Positions 1 through 12,838 are shown, numbered from the stretch's first letter. The stretch: DNA of 64,000 nt from Auanema rhodensis (GCA_964057225.1 OZ059894.1:3720001-3784000), one strand, 5' to 3'. The notes: a model not told the origin generated them from the sequence alone. Program-made: numbers and translations.

Positions 1-84
1 ATTTTTTCGTTGAATAACAATGTCCATCGTCTTTGCCTTGAAAAAAGGAATCTAAAAACTTCTACTTTTTGCTAAATTATTTTG

Positions 85-103
85 AAATTTTTCGAAAAAA
101 TTT
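85..103. repeat. A/T-tract palindrome, TTTTTCGAAAAA core (in nearly every monomer)
   Basis: 88-99 is a perfect 12-bp palindrome, flanked by AAA and (A)TTT. Confidence 0.9.
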
Positions 104-126
104 TTGTCAAAATGTTTTTGGAAGCA

Positions 127-154
127 ATGTTGAGTGTACATGGAAACTCAACAT
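127..154. repeat. Perfect 9-bp inverted repeat with 10-nt spacer (most monomers)
   Basis: ATGTTGAGT (127-135) / ACTCAACAT (146-154). The common G134T variant introduces one mismatch. Confidence 0.92.
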
Positions 155-180
155 ACACTAATGCATCATTTTTCAAACGA

Positions 181-302
181 TCATAACTAATTTTTGTATT
201 AAGCGTTTCTCAATGTAGTATAGTGCATTCGATGCGGATTTTTAAGCTGCATCGATCTGTGTTATCAGATTTGCGCTAGCTTAAAAATGCACCGAGATAT
301 CA
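181..302. other. Nested three-box dyad-symmetric module (~120 bp) in each monomer
   Basis: TCATAACT 181-188 / AGATATCA 295-302 (6/8 match), TTAAGC 199-204 / GCTTAA 279-284, and TCGATGC 229-235 / GCATCGA 249-255. All are centred at 241.5-242. Confidence 0.7.
238..288. repeat. Long imperfect hairpin with perfect 11-bp outer stem
   Basis: ATTTTTAAGCT (238-248) / AGCTTAAAAAT (278-288), inner ATCTG (255-259) / CAGAT (266-270), loop TGTTAT. Confidence 0.9.
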
Positions 303-656
303 ACTGATATAAGTTCACACTTCTATCCTCGATTTTCACCCTGAAAAATTAATTTTTTTGTTGAATAACATCGTCCATCGTCTTTGCCTTGAAAAAAGGA
401 ATGTAAAAACATCTACTTTTTGCTAAATTATTTTGAAATTTTTCGAAAAAATTTTTGTCAAAATGTTTTTGGAAGCAATGTTGATTGTACATGGAAACTC
501 AACATACACTAACGCATCATTTTTCAAACGATCATAACTAATTTTTGTATTAAGCGTTTCTCAATGTAGTATAGTGCATTCGATGCGGATTTTTAAGCTG
601 CGTCGGTCTGTGTTATCAGATTTGCGCTAGCTTAAAAATGCACCGAGATATCAACT

Positions 657-678
657 GATATAAGTTCACACTTATATC
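657..678. repeat. Perfect 9-bp inverted repeat with 4-nt loop (monomer positions 306-327)
   Basis: GATATAAGT-TCAC-ACTTATATC. It overlaps the smaller dyad ATATCA-AC-TGATAT (positions 297-310). Confidence 0.9.
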
Positions 679-2357
679 CTCGATTTTGACCCTGAAGAAT
701 TAATTTTTTCGTTGAATAACAATGTCCATCGTCTTTGCCTTGAAAAAAGGAATCTAAAAACTTCTACTTTTTGCTAAATTATTTTGAAATTTTTCGAAAA
801 AATTTTTGTCAAAATGTTTTTGGAAGCAATGTTGAGTGTACATGGAAACTCAACATACACTAATGCATCATTTTTCAAACGATCATAACTAATTTTTGTA
901 TTGAGCGTTTCTCAATGTAGTATAGTGCATTCGATGCGGATTTTTAAGCTGCGTCGGTCTGTGTTATCAGATTTGCGCTAGCTTAAAAATGCACCGAGAT
1001 ATCAACTGATATAAGTTCACACTTATATCCTCGATTTTCACCCTGAAGAATTAATTTTTTCGTTGAATAACAATGTCCATCGTCTTTGCCTTGAAAAAAG
1101 GAATCTAAAAACTTCTACTTTTTGCTAAATTATTTTGAAATTTTTCGAAAAAATTTTTGTCAAAATGTTTTTGGAAGCAATGTTGAGTGTACATGGAAAC
1201 TCAACATACACTAATGCATCATTTTTCAAACGATCATAACTAATTTTTGTATTAAGCGTTTCTCAATGTAGTATAGTGCATTCGATGCGGATTTTTAAGC
1301 TGCATCGATCTGTGTTATCAGATTTGCGCTAGCTTAAAAATGCACCGAGATATCAACTGATATAAGTTCACACTTCTATCCTCGATTTTCACCCTGAAAA
1401 ATTAATTTTTTTGTTGAATAACATCGTCCATCGTCTTTGCCTTGAAAAAAGGAATCTAAAAACATCTACTTTTTGCTAAATTATTTTGAAATTTTTTGAA
1501 AAAATTTTTGTCAAAATGTTTTTGGAAGCAATGTTGAGTGTACATGGAAACTCAACATACACTAATGCTTCATTTTTCAAACGATCATAACTAATTTTTG
1601 TATTGAGCGTTTCTCAATGTAGTATAGTGCATTCGATGCGGATTTTTAAGCTGCGTCGATCTGTGTTATCAGATTTGCGCTAGCTTAAAAATGCACCGAG
1701 ATATCAACTGATATAAGTTCACACTTATATCCTCGATTTTCACCCTGAAGAATTAATTTTTTCGTTGAATAACAATGTCCATCGTCTTTGCCTTGAAAAA
1801 AGGAATCTAAAAACTTCTACTTTTTGCTAAATTATTTTGAAATTTTTCGAAAAAATTTTTGTCAAAATGTTTTTGGAAGCAATGTTGAGTGTACATGGAA
1901 ACTCAACATACACTAATGCATCATTTTTCAAACGATCATAACTAATTTTTGTATTAAGCGTTTCTCAATGTAGTATAGTGCATTCGATGCGGATTTTTAA
2001 GCTGCATCGATCTGTGTTATCAGATTTGCGCTAGCTTAAAAATGCACCGAGATATCAACTGATATATGTTCACACTTATATCCTCGATTTTCACCCTGAA
2101 GAATTAATTTTTTCGTTGAATAACAATGTCCATCGTCTTTGCCTTAAAAAAAGGAATCTAAAAACATCTACTTTTTGCTAAATTATTTTGAAATTTTTCG
2201 AAAAAATTTTTGTCAAAATGTTTTTGGAAGCAATGTTGAGTGTACATGGAAACTCAACATACACTAATGCATCATTTTTCAAACGATCATAACTAATTTT
2301 TGTATTAAGCTTTTCTCAATGTAGTATAGTGCATTCGATGCGGATTTTTAAGCTGCA

Positions 2358-5257
2358 TCGATCTGTGTTATCAGATTTGCGCTAGCTTAAAAATGCACCG
2401 AGATATCAACTGATATAAGTTCACACTTATATCCTCGATTTTCACCCTGAAAAATTAATTTTTTTGTTGAATAACATCGTCCATCGTCTTTGCCTTGAAA
2501 AAAGGAATCTAAAAACATCTACTTTTTGCTAAATTATTTTGAAATTTTTCGAAAAAATTTTTGCCAAAATGTTTTTGGAAGCAATGTTGAGTGTACATGG
2601 AAACTCAACATACACTAATGCATCATTTTTCAAACGATCATAACTAATTTTTGTATTGAGCGTTTCTCAATGTAGTATAGTGCATTCGATGCGGATTTTT
2701 AAGCTGCGTCGATCTGTGTTATCAGATTTGCGCTAGCTTAAAAATGCACCGAGATATCAACTGATATAAGTTCACACTTATATCCTCGATTTTGACCCTG
2801 AAGAATTAATTTTTTCGTTGAATAACATTGTCCATCGTCTTTGCCTTGAAAAAAGGAATCTAAAAACATCTACTTTTTGCTAAATTATTTTGAAATTTTT
2901 CGAAAAAATTTTTGTCAAAATGTTTTTGGAAGCAATGTTGAGTGTACATGGAAACTCAACATACACTAATGCATCATTTTTCAAACGATCATAACTAATT
3001 TTTGTATTGAGCGTTTCTCAATGTAGTATAGTGCATTCATGCGGATTTTTAAGCTGCGTCGATCTGTGTTATCAGATTTGCGCTAGCTTAAAAATGCACC
3101 GAGATATCAACTGATATAAGTTCACACTTATATCCTCGATTTTCACTCTGAAGAATTAATTTTTTCGTTGAATAACAATGTCCATCGTCTTCGCCTTGAA
3201 AAAAGGAATCTAAAAACATCTACTTTTTGCTAAATTATTTTGAAATTTTTCGAAAAAATTTTTGTCAAAATGTTTTTGGAAGCAATGTTGAGTGTACATG
3301 GAAACTCAACATACACTAATTCATCATTTTTCAAACGATCATAACTAATTTTTGTATTGAGCGTTTCTCAATGTAGTATAGTGCATTCGATGCGGATTTT
3401 TAAGCTGCGTCGATCTGTGTTATCAGATTTGCGCTAGCTTAAAAATGCACCGAGATATCAACTGATATAAGTTCACACTTATATCCTCGATATTCACCCT
3501 GAAGAATTAATTTTTTCGTTGAATAACATTGTCCATCGTCTTTGCCTTGAAAAAAGGAATCTAAAAACATCTACTTTTTGCTAAATTATTTTGAAATTTT
3601 TCGAAAAAATTTTTGTCAAAATGTTTTTGGAAGCAATGTTGAGTGTACGTGGAAACTCAACATACACTAATTCATCATTTTTCAAACGATCATAACTAAT
3701 TTTTGTATTAAGCGTTTCTCAATGTAGTATAGTGCATTCGATGCGGATTTTTAAGCTGCGTCGATCTGTGTTATCAGATTTGCGCTAGCTTAAAAATGCA
3801 CCGAGATATCAACTGATATAAGTTCACACTTATATCCTCGATTTTCACCCTGAAAAATTAATTTTTTTGTTGAATAACATCGTCCATCGTCTTTGCCTTG
3901 AAAAAAGGAATCTAAAAACATCTACTTTTTGCTAAATTATTTTGAAATTTTTCGAAAAAATTTTTGCCAAAATGTTTTTGGAAGCAATGTTGAGTGTACA
4001 TGGAAACTCAACATACACTAATGCATCATTTTTCAAACGATCATAACTAATTTTTGTATTGAGCGTTTCTCAATGTAGTATAGTGCATTCGATGCGGATT
4101 TTTAAGCTGCGTCGATCTGTGTTATCAGATTTGCGCTAGCTTAAAAATGCACCGAGATATCAACTGATATAAGTTCACACTTATATCCTCGATTTTGACC
4201 CTGAAGAATTAATTTTTTCGTTGAATAACATTGTCCATCGTCTTTGCCTTGAAAAAAGGAATCTAAAAACATCTACTTTTTGCTAAATTATTTTGAAATT
4301 TTTCGAAAAAATTTTTGTCAAAATGTTTTTGGAAGCAATGTTGAGTGTACATGGAAACTCAACATACACTAATGCATCATTTTTCAAACGATCATAACTA
4401 ATTTTTGTATTGAGCGTTTCTCAATGTAGTATAGTGCATTCATGCGGATTTTTAAGCTGCGTCGATCTGTGTTATCAGATTTGCGCTAGCTTAAAAATGC
4501 ACCGAGATATCAACTGATATAAGTTCACACTTATATCCTCGATTTTCACTCTGAAGAATTAATTTTTTCGTTGAATAACAATGTCCATCGTCTTCGCCTT
4601 GAAAAAAGGAATCTAAAAACATCTACTTTTTGCTAAATTATTTTGAAATTTTTCGAAAAAATTTTTGTCAAAATGTTTTTGGAAGCAATGTTGAGTGTAC
4701 ATGGAAACTCAACATACACTAATTCATCATTTTTCAAACGATCATAACTAATTTTTGTATTGAGCGTTTCTCAATGTAGTATAGTGCATTCGATGCGGAT
4801 TTTTAAGCTGCGTCGATCTGTGTTATCAGATTTGCGCTAGCTTAAAAATGCACCGAGATATCAACTGATATAAGTTCACACTTATATCCTCGATATTCAC
4901 CCTGAAGAATTAATTTTTTCGTTGAATAACATTGTCCATCGTCTTTGCCTTGAAAAAAGGAATCTAAAAACATCTACTTTTTGCTAAATTATTTTGAAAT
5001 TTTTCGAAAAAATTTTTGTCAAAATGTTTTTGGAAGCAATGTTGAGTGTACATGGAAACTCAACATACACTAATTCATCATTTTTCAAACGATCATAACT
5101 AATTTTTGTATTAAGCGTTTCTCAATGTAGTATAGTGCATTCGATGCGGATTTTTAAGCTGCGTCGATCTGTGTTATCAGATTTGCGCTAGCTTAAAAAT
5201 GCACCGAGATATCAACTGATATAAGTTCACACTTATATCCTCGATTTTCACCCTGAA
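2358..5257. repeat. 4-monomer tandem duplication (1403-bp period)
   Basis: Shared rare markers 1403 bp apart: C2564/C3967, 1-bp deletion after 3038/4441, T3147/T4550, A3492/A4895. Confidence 0.92.
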
Positions 5258-8200
5258 GAATTAATTTTTTCGTTGAATAACATTGTCCATCGTCTTTGCC
5301 TTGAAAAAAGGAATCTAAAAACATCTACTTTTTGCTAAATTATTCTGAAATTTTTCGAAAAAATTTTTGTCAAAATGTTTTTGGAAGCAATGTTGAGTGT
5401 ACATGGAAACTCAACATACACTAATGCATCATTTTTCAAACGATCATAACTAATTTTTGTATTAAGCGTTTCTCAATGTAGTATAGTGCATTCGATGCGG
5501 ATTTTTAAGCTGCGTCGATCTGTGTTATCAGATTTGCGCTAGCTTAAAAATGCACCGAGATATCAACTGATATAAGTTCACACTTATATCCTCGATTTTC
5601 ACCCTGAAGAATTAATTTTTTTGTTGAATAACATCGTCCATCGTCTTTGCCTTGAAAAAAGGAATCTAAAAACATCTACTTTTTGCTAAATTATTTTGAA
5701 ATTTTTCGAAAAAATTTTTGTCAAAATGTTTTTGGAAGCAATGTTGAGTGTACATGGAAACTCAACATACACTAATTCATCATTTTTCAAACGATCATAA
5801 CTAATTTTTGTATTAAGCGTTTCTCAATGTAGTATAGTGCATTCGATGCGGATTTTTAAGCTGCGTCGATCTGTGTTATCAGATTTGCGCTAGCTTAAAA
5901 ATGCACCGAGATATCAACTGATATAAGTTCACACTTATATCCTCGATTTTCACCCTGAAGAATTAATTTTTTCGTTGAATAACATTGTCCATCGTCTTTG
6001 CCTTGAAAAAAGGAATCTAAAAACATCTACTTTTTGCTAAATTATTCTGAAATTTTTCGAAAAAATTTTTGTCAAAATGTTTTTGGAAGCAATGTTGAGT
6101 GTACATGGAAACTCAACATACACTAATGCATCATTTTTCAAACGATCATAACTAATTTTTGTATTAAGCGTTTCTCAATGTAGTATAGTGCATTCGATGC
6201 GGATTTTTAAGCTGCGTCGATCTGTGTTATCAGATTTGCGCTAGCTTAAAAATGCACCGAGATATCAACTGATATAAGTTCACACTTATATCCTCGATTT
6301 TCACCCTGAAGAATTAATTTTTTTGTTGAATAACATCGTCCATCGTCTTTGCCTTGAAAAAAGGAATCTAAAAACATCTACTTTTTGCTAAATTATTTTG
6401 AAATTTTTCGAAAAAATTTTTGTCAAAATGTTTTTGGAAGCAATGTTGATTGTACATGGAAACTCAACATACACTAATGCATCATTTTTCAAACGATCAT
6501 AACTAATTTTTGTATTGAGCGTTTCTCAATGTAGTATAGTGCATTCGATGCGGATTTTTAAGCTGCGTCGATCTGTGTTATCAGATTTGCGCTAGCTTAA
6601 AAATGCACCGAGATATCAACTGATATAAGTTCACACTTATATCCTCGATTTTGACCCTGAAGAATTAATTTTTTCGTTGAATAACATCGTCCATCGTCTT
6701 TGCCTTGAAAAAAGGAATCTAAAAACATCTACTTTTTGCTAAATTATTTTGAAATTTTTCGAACAAATTTTTGTCAAAATGTTTTTGGAAGCAATGTTGA
6801 TTGTACATGGAAACTCAACATACACTAATGCATTATTTTTCAAACGATCATAACTAATTTTTGTATTGAGCGTTTCTCAATGTAGAATAGTGCATTCGAT
6901 GCGGATTTTTAAGCTGCGTCGGTCTGTGTTATCAGATTTGCGCTAGCTTAAAAATGCACCGAGATATCAACTGATATATATTCACACTTATATCCTCGAT
7001 TTTCACCCTGAAGAATTAATTTTTTCGTTGAATAACAATGTCCATCGTCTTTGCCTTGAAAAAAGGAATCTAAAAACATCTACTTTTTGCTAAATTATTT
7101 TGAAATTTTTCGAAAAAATTTTTGTCAAAATGTTTTTGGAAGCAATGTTGAGTGTACATGGAAACTCAACATACACTAATGCATCATTTTTCAAACGATC
7201 ATAACTAATTTTTGTATTAAGCGTTTCTCAATGTAGTATAGTGCATTCGATGCGGATTTTTAAGCTGCATCGATCTGTGTTATCAGATTTGCGCTAGCTT
7301 AAAAATGCACCGAGATATCAACTGATATAAGTTCACACTTATATCCTCGATTTTCACCCTGAAAAATTAATTTTTTTGTTGAATAACATCGTCCATCGTC
7401 TTTGCCTTGAAAAAAGGAATCTAAAAACATCTACTTTTTGCTAAATTATTTTGAAATTTTTCGAAAAAATTTTTGTCAAAATGTTTTTGGAAGCAATGTT
7501 GAGTGTACATGGAAACTCAACATACACTAATGCATCATTTTTCAAACGATCATAACTAATTTTTGTATTGAGCGTTTCTCAATGTAGTATAGTGCATTCG
7601 ATGCGGATTTTTAAGCTGCGTCGATCTGAGTTATCAGATTTGCGCTAGCTTAAAAATGCACCGAGATATCAACTGATATAAGTTCACACTTATATCCTCG
7701 ATTTTGACCCTGAAGAATTAATTTTTTCGTTGAATAACATCGTCCATCGTCTTTGCCTTGAAAAAAGGAATCTAAAAACATCTACTTTTTGCTAAATTAT
7801 TTTGAAATTTTTCGAACAAATTTTTGTCAAAATGTTTTTGGAAGCAATGTTGATTGTACATGGAAACTCAACATACACTAATGCATCATTTTTCAAACGA
7901 TCATAACTAATTTTTGTATTGAGCGTTTCTCAATGTAGAATAGTGCATTCGATGCGGATTTTTAAGCTGCGTCGGTCTGTGTTATCAGATTTGCGCTAGC
8001 TTAAAAATGCACCGAGATATCAACTGATATATACTCACACTTATATCCTCGATTTTCACCCTGAAGAATTAATTTTTTCGTTGAATAACAATGTCCATCG
8101 TCTTTGCCTTGAAAAAAGGAATCTAAAAACATCTACTTTTTGCTAAATTATTTTGAAATTTTTCGAAAAAATTTTTGTCAAAATGTTTTTGGAAGCAATG

Positions 8201-9960
8201 TTGAGTGTACATGGAAACTCAACATACACTAATGCATCATTTTTCAAACGATCATAACTAATTTTTGTATTAAGCGTTTCTCAATGTAGTATAGTGCATT
8301 CGATGCGGATTTTTAAGCTGCATCGATCTGTGTTATCAGATTTGCGCTAGCTTAAAAATGCACCGAGATATCAACTGATATAAGTTCACACTTATATCCT
8401 CGATTTTCACCCTGAAAAATTAATTTTTTTGTTGAATAACATCGTCCATCGTCTTTGCCTTGAAAAAAGGAATCTAAAAACATCTACTTTTTGCTAAATT
8501 ATTTTGAAATTTTTCGAAAAAATTTTTGTCAAAATGTTTTTGGAAGCAATGTTGAGTGTACATGGAAACTCAACATACACTAATGCATCATTTTTCAAAC
8601 GATCATAACTAATTTTTGTATTGAGCGTTTCTCAATGTAGTATAGTGCATTCGATGCGGATTTTTAAGCTGCGTCGATCTGTGTTATCAGATTTGCGCTA
8701 GCTTAAAAATGCACCGAGATATCAACTGATATAAGTTCACACTTATATCCTCGATTTTGACCCTGAAGAATTAATTTTTTCGTTGAATAACATCGTCCAT
8801 CGTCTTTGCCTTGAAAAAAGGAATCTAAAAACATCTACTTTTTGCTAAATTATTTTGAAATTTTTCGAAAAAATTTTTGTCAAAATGTTTTTGGAAGCAA
8901 TGTTGATTGTACATGGAAACTCAACATACACTAATGCATCATTTTTCAAACGATCATAACTAATTTTTGTATTAAGCGTTTCTCAATGTAGTATAGTGCA
9001 TTCGATGCGGATTTTTAAGCTGCATCGATCTGTGTTATCAGATTTGCGCTAGCTTAAAAATGCACCGAGATATCAACTGATATAAGTTCACACTTATATC
9101 CTCGATTTTCACCCTGAAAAATTAATTTTTTTGTTGAATAACATCGTCCATCGTCTTTGCCTTGAAAAAAGGAATCTAAAAACATCTACTTTTTGCTAAA
9201 TTATTTTGAAATTTTTCGAAAAAATTTTTGTCAAAATGTTTTTGGAAGCAATGTTGATTGTACATGGAAACTCAACATACACTAATGCATCATTTTTCAA
9301 ACGATCATAACTAATTTTTGTATTAAGCGTTTCTCAATGTAGTATAGTGCATTCGATGCGGATTTTTAAGCTGCATCGATCTGTGTTATCAGATTTGCGC
9401 TAGCTTAAAAATGCACCGAGATATCAACTGATATAAGTTCACACTTATATCCTCGATTTTCACCCTGAAAAATTAATTTTTTTGTTGAATAACATCGTCC
9501 ATCGTCTTTGCCTTGAAAAAAGGAATCTAAAAACATCTACTTTTTGCTAAATTATTTTGAAATTTTTCGAAAAAATTTTTGTCAAAATGTTTTTGGAAGC
9601 AATGTTGAGTGTACATGGAAACTCAACATACACTAATGCATCATTTTTCAAACGATCATAACTAATTTTTGTATTGAGCGTTTCTCAATGTAGTATAGTG
9701 CATTCGATGCGGATTTTTAAGCTGCGTCGATCTGTGTTATCAGATTTGCGCTAGCTTAAAAATGCACCGAGATATCAACTGATATAAGTTCACACTTATA
9801 TCCTCGATTTTGACCCTGAAGAATTAATTTTTTCGTTGAATAACATCGTCCATCGTCTTTGCCTTGAAAAAAGGAATCTAAAAACATCTACTTTTTGCTA
9901 AATTATTTTGAAATTTTTCGAAAAAATTTTTGTCAAAATGTTTTTGGAAGCAATGTTGAT

Positions 9961-12838
9961 TGTACATGGAAACTCAACATACACTAATGCATCATTTTTC
10001 AAACGATCATAACTAATTTTTGTATTAAGCGTTTCTCAATGTAGTATAGTGCATTCGATGCGGATTTTTAAGCTGCGTCGGTCTGTGTTATCAGATTTGC
10101 GCTAGCTTAAAAATGCACCGAGATATCAACTGATATAAGTTCACACTTATATCCTCGATTTTGACCCTGAAGAATTAATTTTTTCGTTGAATAACATCGT
10201 CCATCGTCTTTGCCTTGAAAAAAGGAATCTAAAAACATCTACTTTTTGCTAAATTATTTTGAAATTTTTCGAAAAAATTTTTGTCAAAATGTTTTTGGAA
10301 GCAATGTTGATTGTACATGGAAACTCAACATACACTAATGCATCATTTTTCAAACGATCATAACTAATTTTTGTATTAAGCGTTTCTCAATGTAGTATAG
10401 TGCATTCGATGCGGATTTTTAAGCTGCGTCGGTCTGTGTTATCAGATTTGCGCTAGCTTAAAAATGCACCGAGATATCAACTGATATAAGTTCACACTTA
10501 TATCCTCGATTTTCACCCTGAAGAATTAATTTTTTCGTTGAATAACAATGTCCATCGTCTTTGCCTTGAAAAAAGGAATCTAAAAACTTCTACTTTTTGC
10601 TAAATTATTTTGAAATTTTTCGAAAAAATTTTTGTCAAAATGTTTTTGGAAGCAATGTTGAGTGTACATGGAAACTCAACATACACTAATGCATCATTTT
10701 TCAAACGATCATAACTAATTTTTGTATTAAGCGTTTCTCAATGTAGTATAGTGCATTCGATGCGGATTTTTAAGCTGCATCGATCTGTGTTATCAGATTT
10801 GCGCTAGCTTAAAAATGCACCGAGATATCAACTGATATATGTTCACACTTATATCCTCGATTTTCACCCTGAAGAATTAATTTTTTCGTTGAATAACAAT
10901 GTCCATCGTCTTTGCCTTGAAAAAAGGAATCTAAAAACATCTACTTTTTGCTAAATTATTTTGAAATTTTTCGAAAAAATTTTTGTCAAAATGTTTTTGG
11001 AAGCAATGTTGAGTGTACATGGAAACTCAACATACACTAATGCATCATTTTTCAAACGATCATAACTAATTTTTGTATTAAGCTTTTCTCAATGTAGTAT
11101 AGTGCATTCGATGCGGATTTTTAAGCTGCATCGATCTGTGTTATCAGATTTGCGCTAGCTTAAAAATGCACCGAGATATCAACTGATATAAGTTCACACT
11201 TATATCCTCGATTTTCACCCTGAAAAATTAATTTTTTTGTTGAAAAACATCGTCCATCGTCTTTGCCTTGAAAAAAGGAATCTAAAAACATCTACTTTTC
11301 GCTAAATTATTTTGAAATTTTTCGAAAAAATTTTTGTCAAAATGTTTTTGGAAGCAATGTTGAGTGTACATGGAAACTCAACATACACTAATGCATCATT
11401 TTTCAAACGATCATAACTAATTTTTGTATTAAGCGTTTCTCAATGTAGTATAGTGCATTCGATGCGGATTTTTAAGCTGCGTCGGTCTGTGTTATCAGAT
11501 TTGCGCTAGCTTAAAAATGCACCGAGATATCAACTGATATAAGTTCACACTTATATCCTCGATTTTGACCCTGAAGAATTAATTTTTTCGTTGAATAACA
11601 TCGTCCATCGTCTTTGCCTTGAAAAAAGGAATCTAAAAACATCTACTTTTTGCTAAATTATTTTGAAATTTTTCGAAAAAATTTTTGTCAAAATGTTTTT
11701 GGAAGCAATGTTGATTGTACATGGAAACTCAACATACACTAATGCATCATTTTTCAAACGATCATAACTAATTTTTGTATTAAGCGTTTCTCAATGTAGT
11801 ATAGTGCATTCGATGCGGATTTTTAAGCTGCGTCGGTCTGTGTTATCAGATTTGCGCTAGCTTAAAAATGCACCGAGATATCAACTGATATAAGTTCACA
11901 CTTATATCCTCGATTTTCACCCTGAAGAATTAATTTTTTCGTTGAATAACAATGTCCATCGTCTTTGCCTTGAAAAAAGGAATCTAAAAACTTCTACTTT
12001 TTGCTAAATTATTTTGAAATTTTTCGAAAAAATTTTTGTCAAAATGTTTTTGGAAGCAATGTTGAGTGTACATGGAAACTCAACATACACTAATGCATCA
12101 TTTTTCAAACGATCATAACTAATTTTTGTATTAAGCGTTTCTCAATGTAGTATAGTGCATTCGATGCGGATTTTTAAGCTGCATCGATCTGTGTTATCAG
12201 ATTTGCGCTAGCTTAAAAATGCACCGAGATATCAACTGATATATGTTCACACTTATATCCTCGATTTTCACCCTGAAGAATTAATTTTTTCGTTGAATAA
12301 CAATGTCCATCGTCTTTGCCTTGAAAAAAGGAATCTAAAAACATCTACTTTTTGCTAAATTATTTTGAAATTTTTCGAAAAAATTTTTGTCAAAATGTTT
12401 TTGGAAGCAATGTTGAGTGTACATGGAAACTCAACATACACTAATGCATCATTTTTCAAACGATCATAACTAATTTTTGTATTAAGCTTTTCTCAATGTA
12501 GTATAGTGCATTCGATGCGGATTTTTAAGCTGCATCGATCTGTGTTATCAGATTTGCGCTAGCTTAAAAATGCACCGAGATATCAACTGATATAAGTTCA
12601 CACTTATATCCTCGATTTTCACCCTGAAAAATTAATTTTTTTGTTGAAAAACATCGTCCATCGTCTTTGCCTTGAAAAAAGGAATCTAAAAACATCTACT
12701 TTTCGCTAAATTATTTTGAAATTTTTCGAAAAAATTTTTGTCAAAATGTTTTTGGAAGCAATGTTGAGTGTACATGGAAACTCAACATACACTAATGCAT
12801 CATTTTTCAAACGATCATAACTAATTTTTGTATTAAGC
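9961..12838. repeat. 4-monomer tandem duplication (1404-bp period)
   Basis: GAAAAAC variant at A11245/A12649 and TTTTCGCT variant at C11300/C12704. Confidence 0.85.

Larger units (their letters stand above)
1..351. repeat. Reference monomer (arbitrary phase set by window start)
   Basis: Runs from ATTTTTTCGTTGAATAAC to CACCCTGAA(A/G)AATTA. Monomer positions quoted elsewhere refer to this copy. Confidence 0.98.

Noticed and set aside
5-22. CENP-B-box-like TTCGTTGAA
   Set aside because: It matches TTCG....A only. The essential CGGG is absent.
1-351. Monomer as a dimer of ~175-bp subunits
   Set aside because: No alignable similarity at a 175-176 offset was seen by eye. There are only short AT-rich matches, such as AATTTTTGT at 99 and 189.
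1-351. Assignment to a named satellite (Drosophila 359-bp/1.688, Tribolium ~340-360-bp families)
   Set aside because: Only length and AT-richness are similar. I cannot confirm sequence identity without a search.
346-359. Apparent compensatory covariation A...T versus G...C around the junction (GAAAAATTAATTTTTTTG / GAAGAATTAATTTTTTCG)
   Set aside because: The two sites are not symmetric about the AATTAATT centre, and G...T recombinants exist (about 5610-5620 and 6311-6324). Simple linkage by descent explains it.
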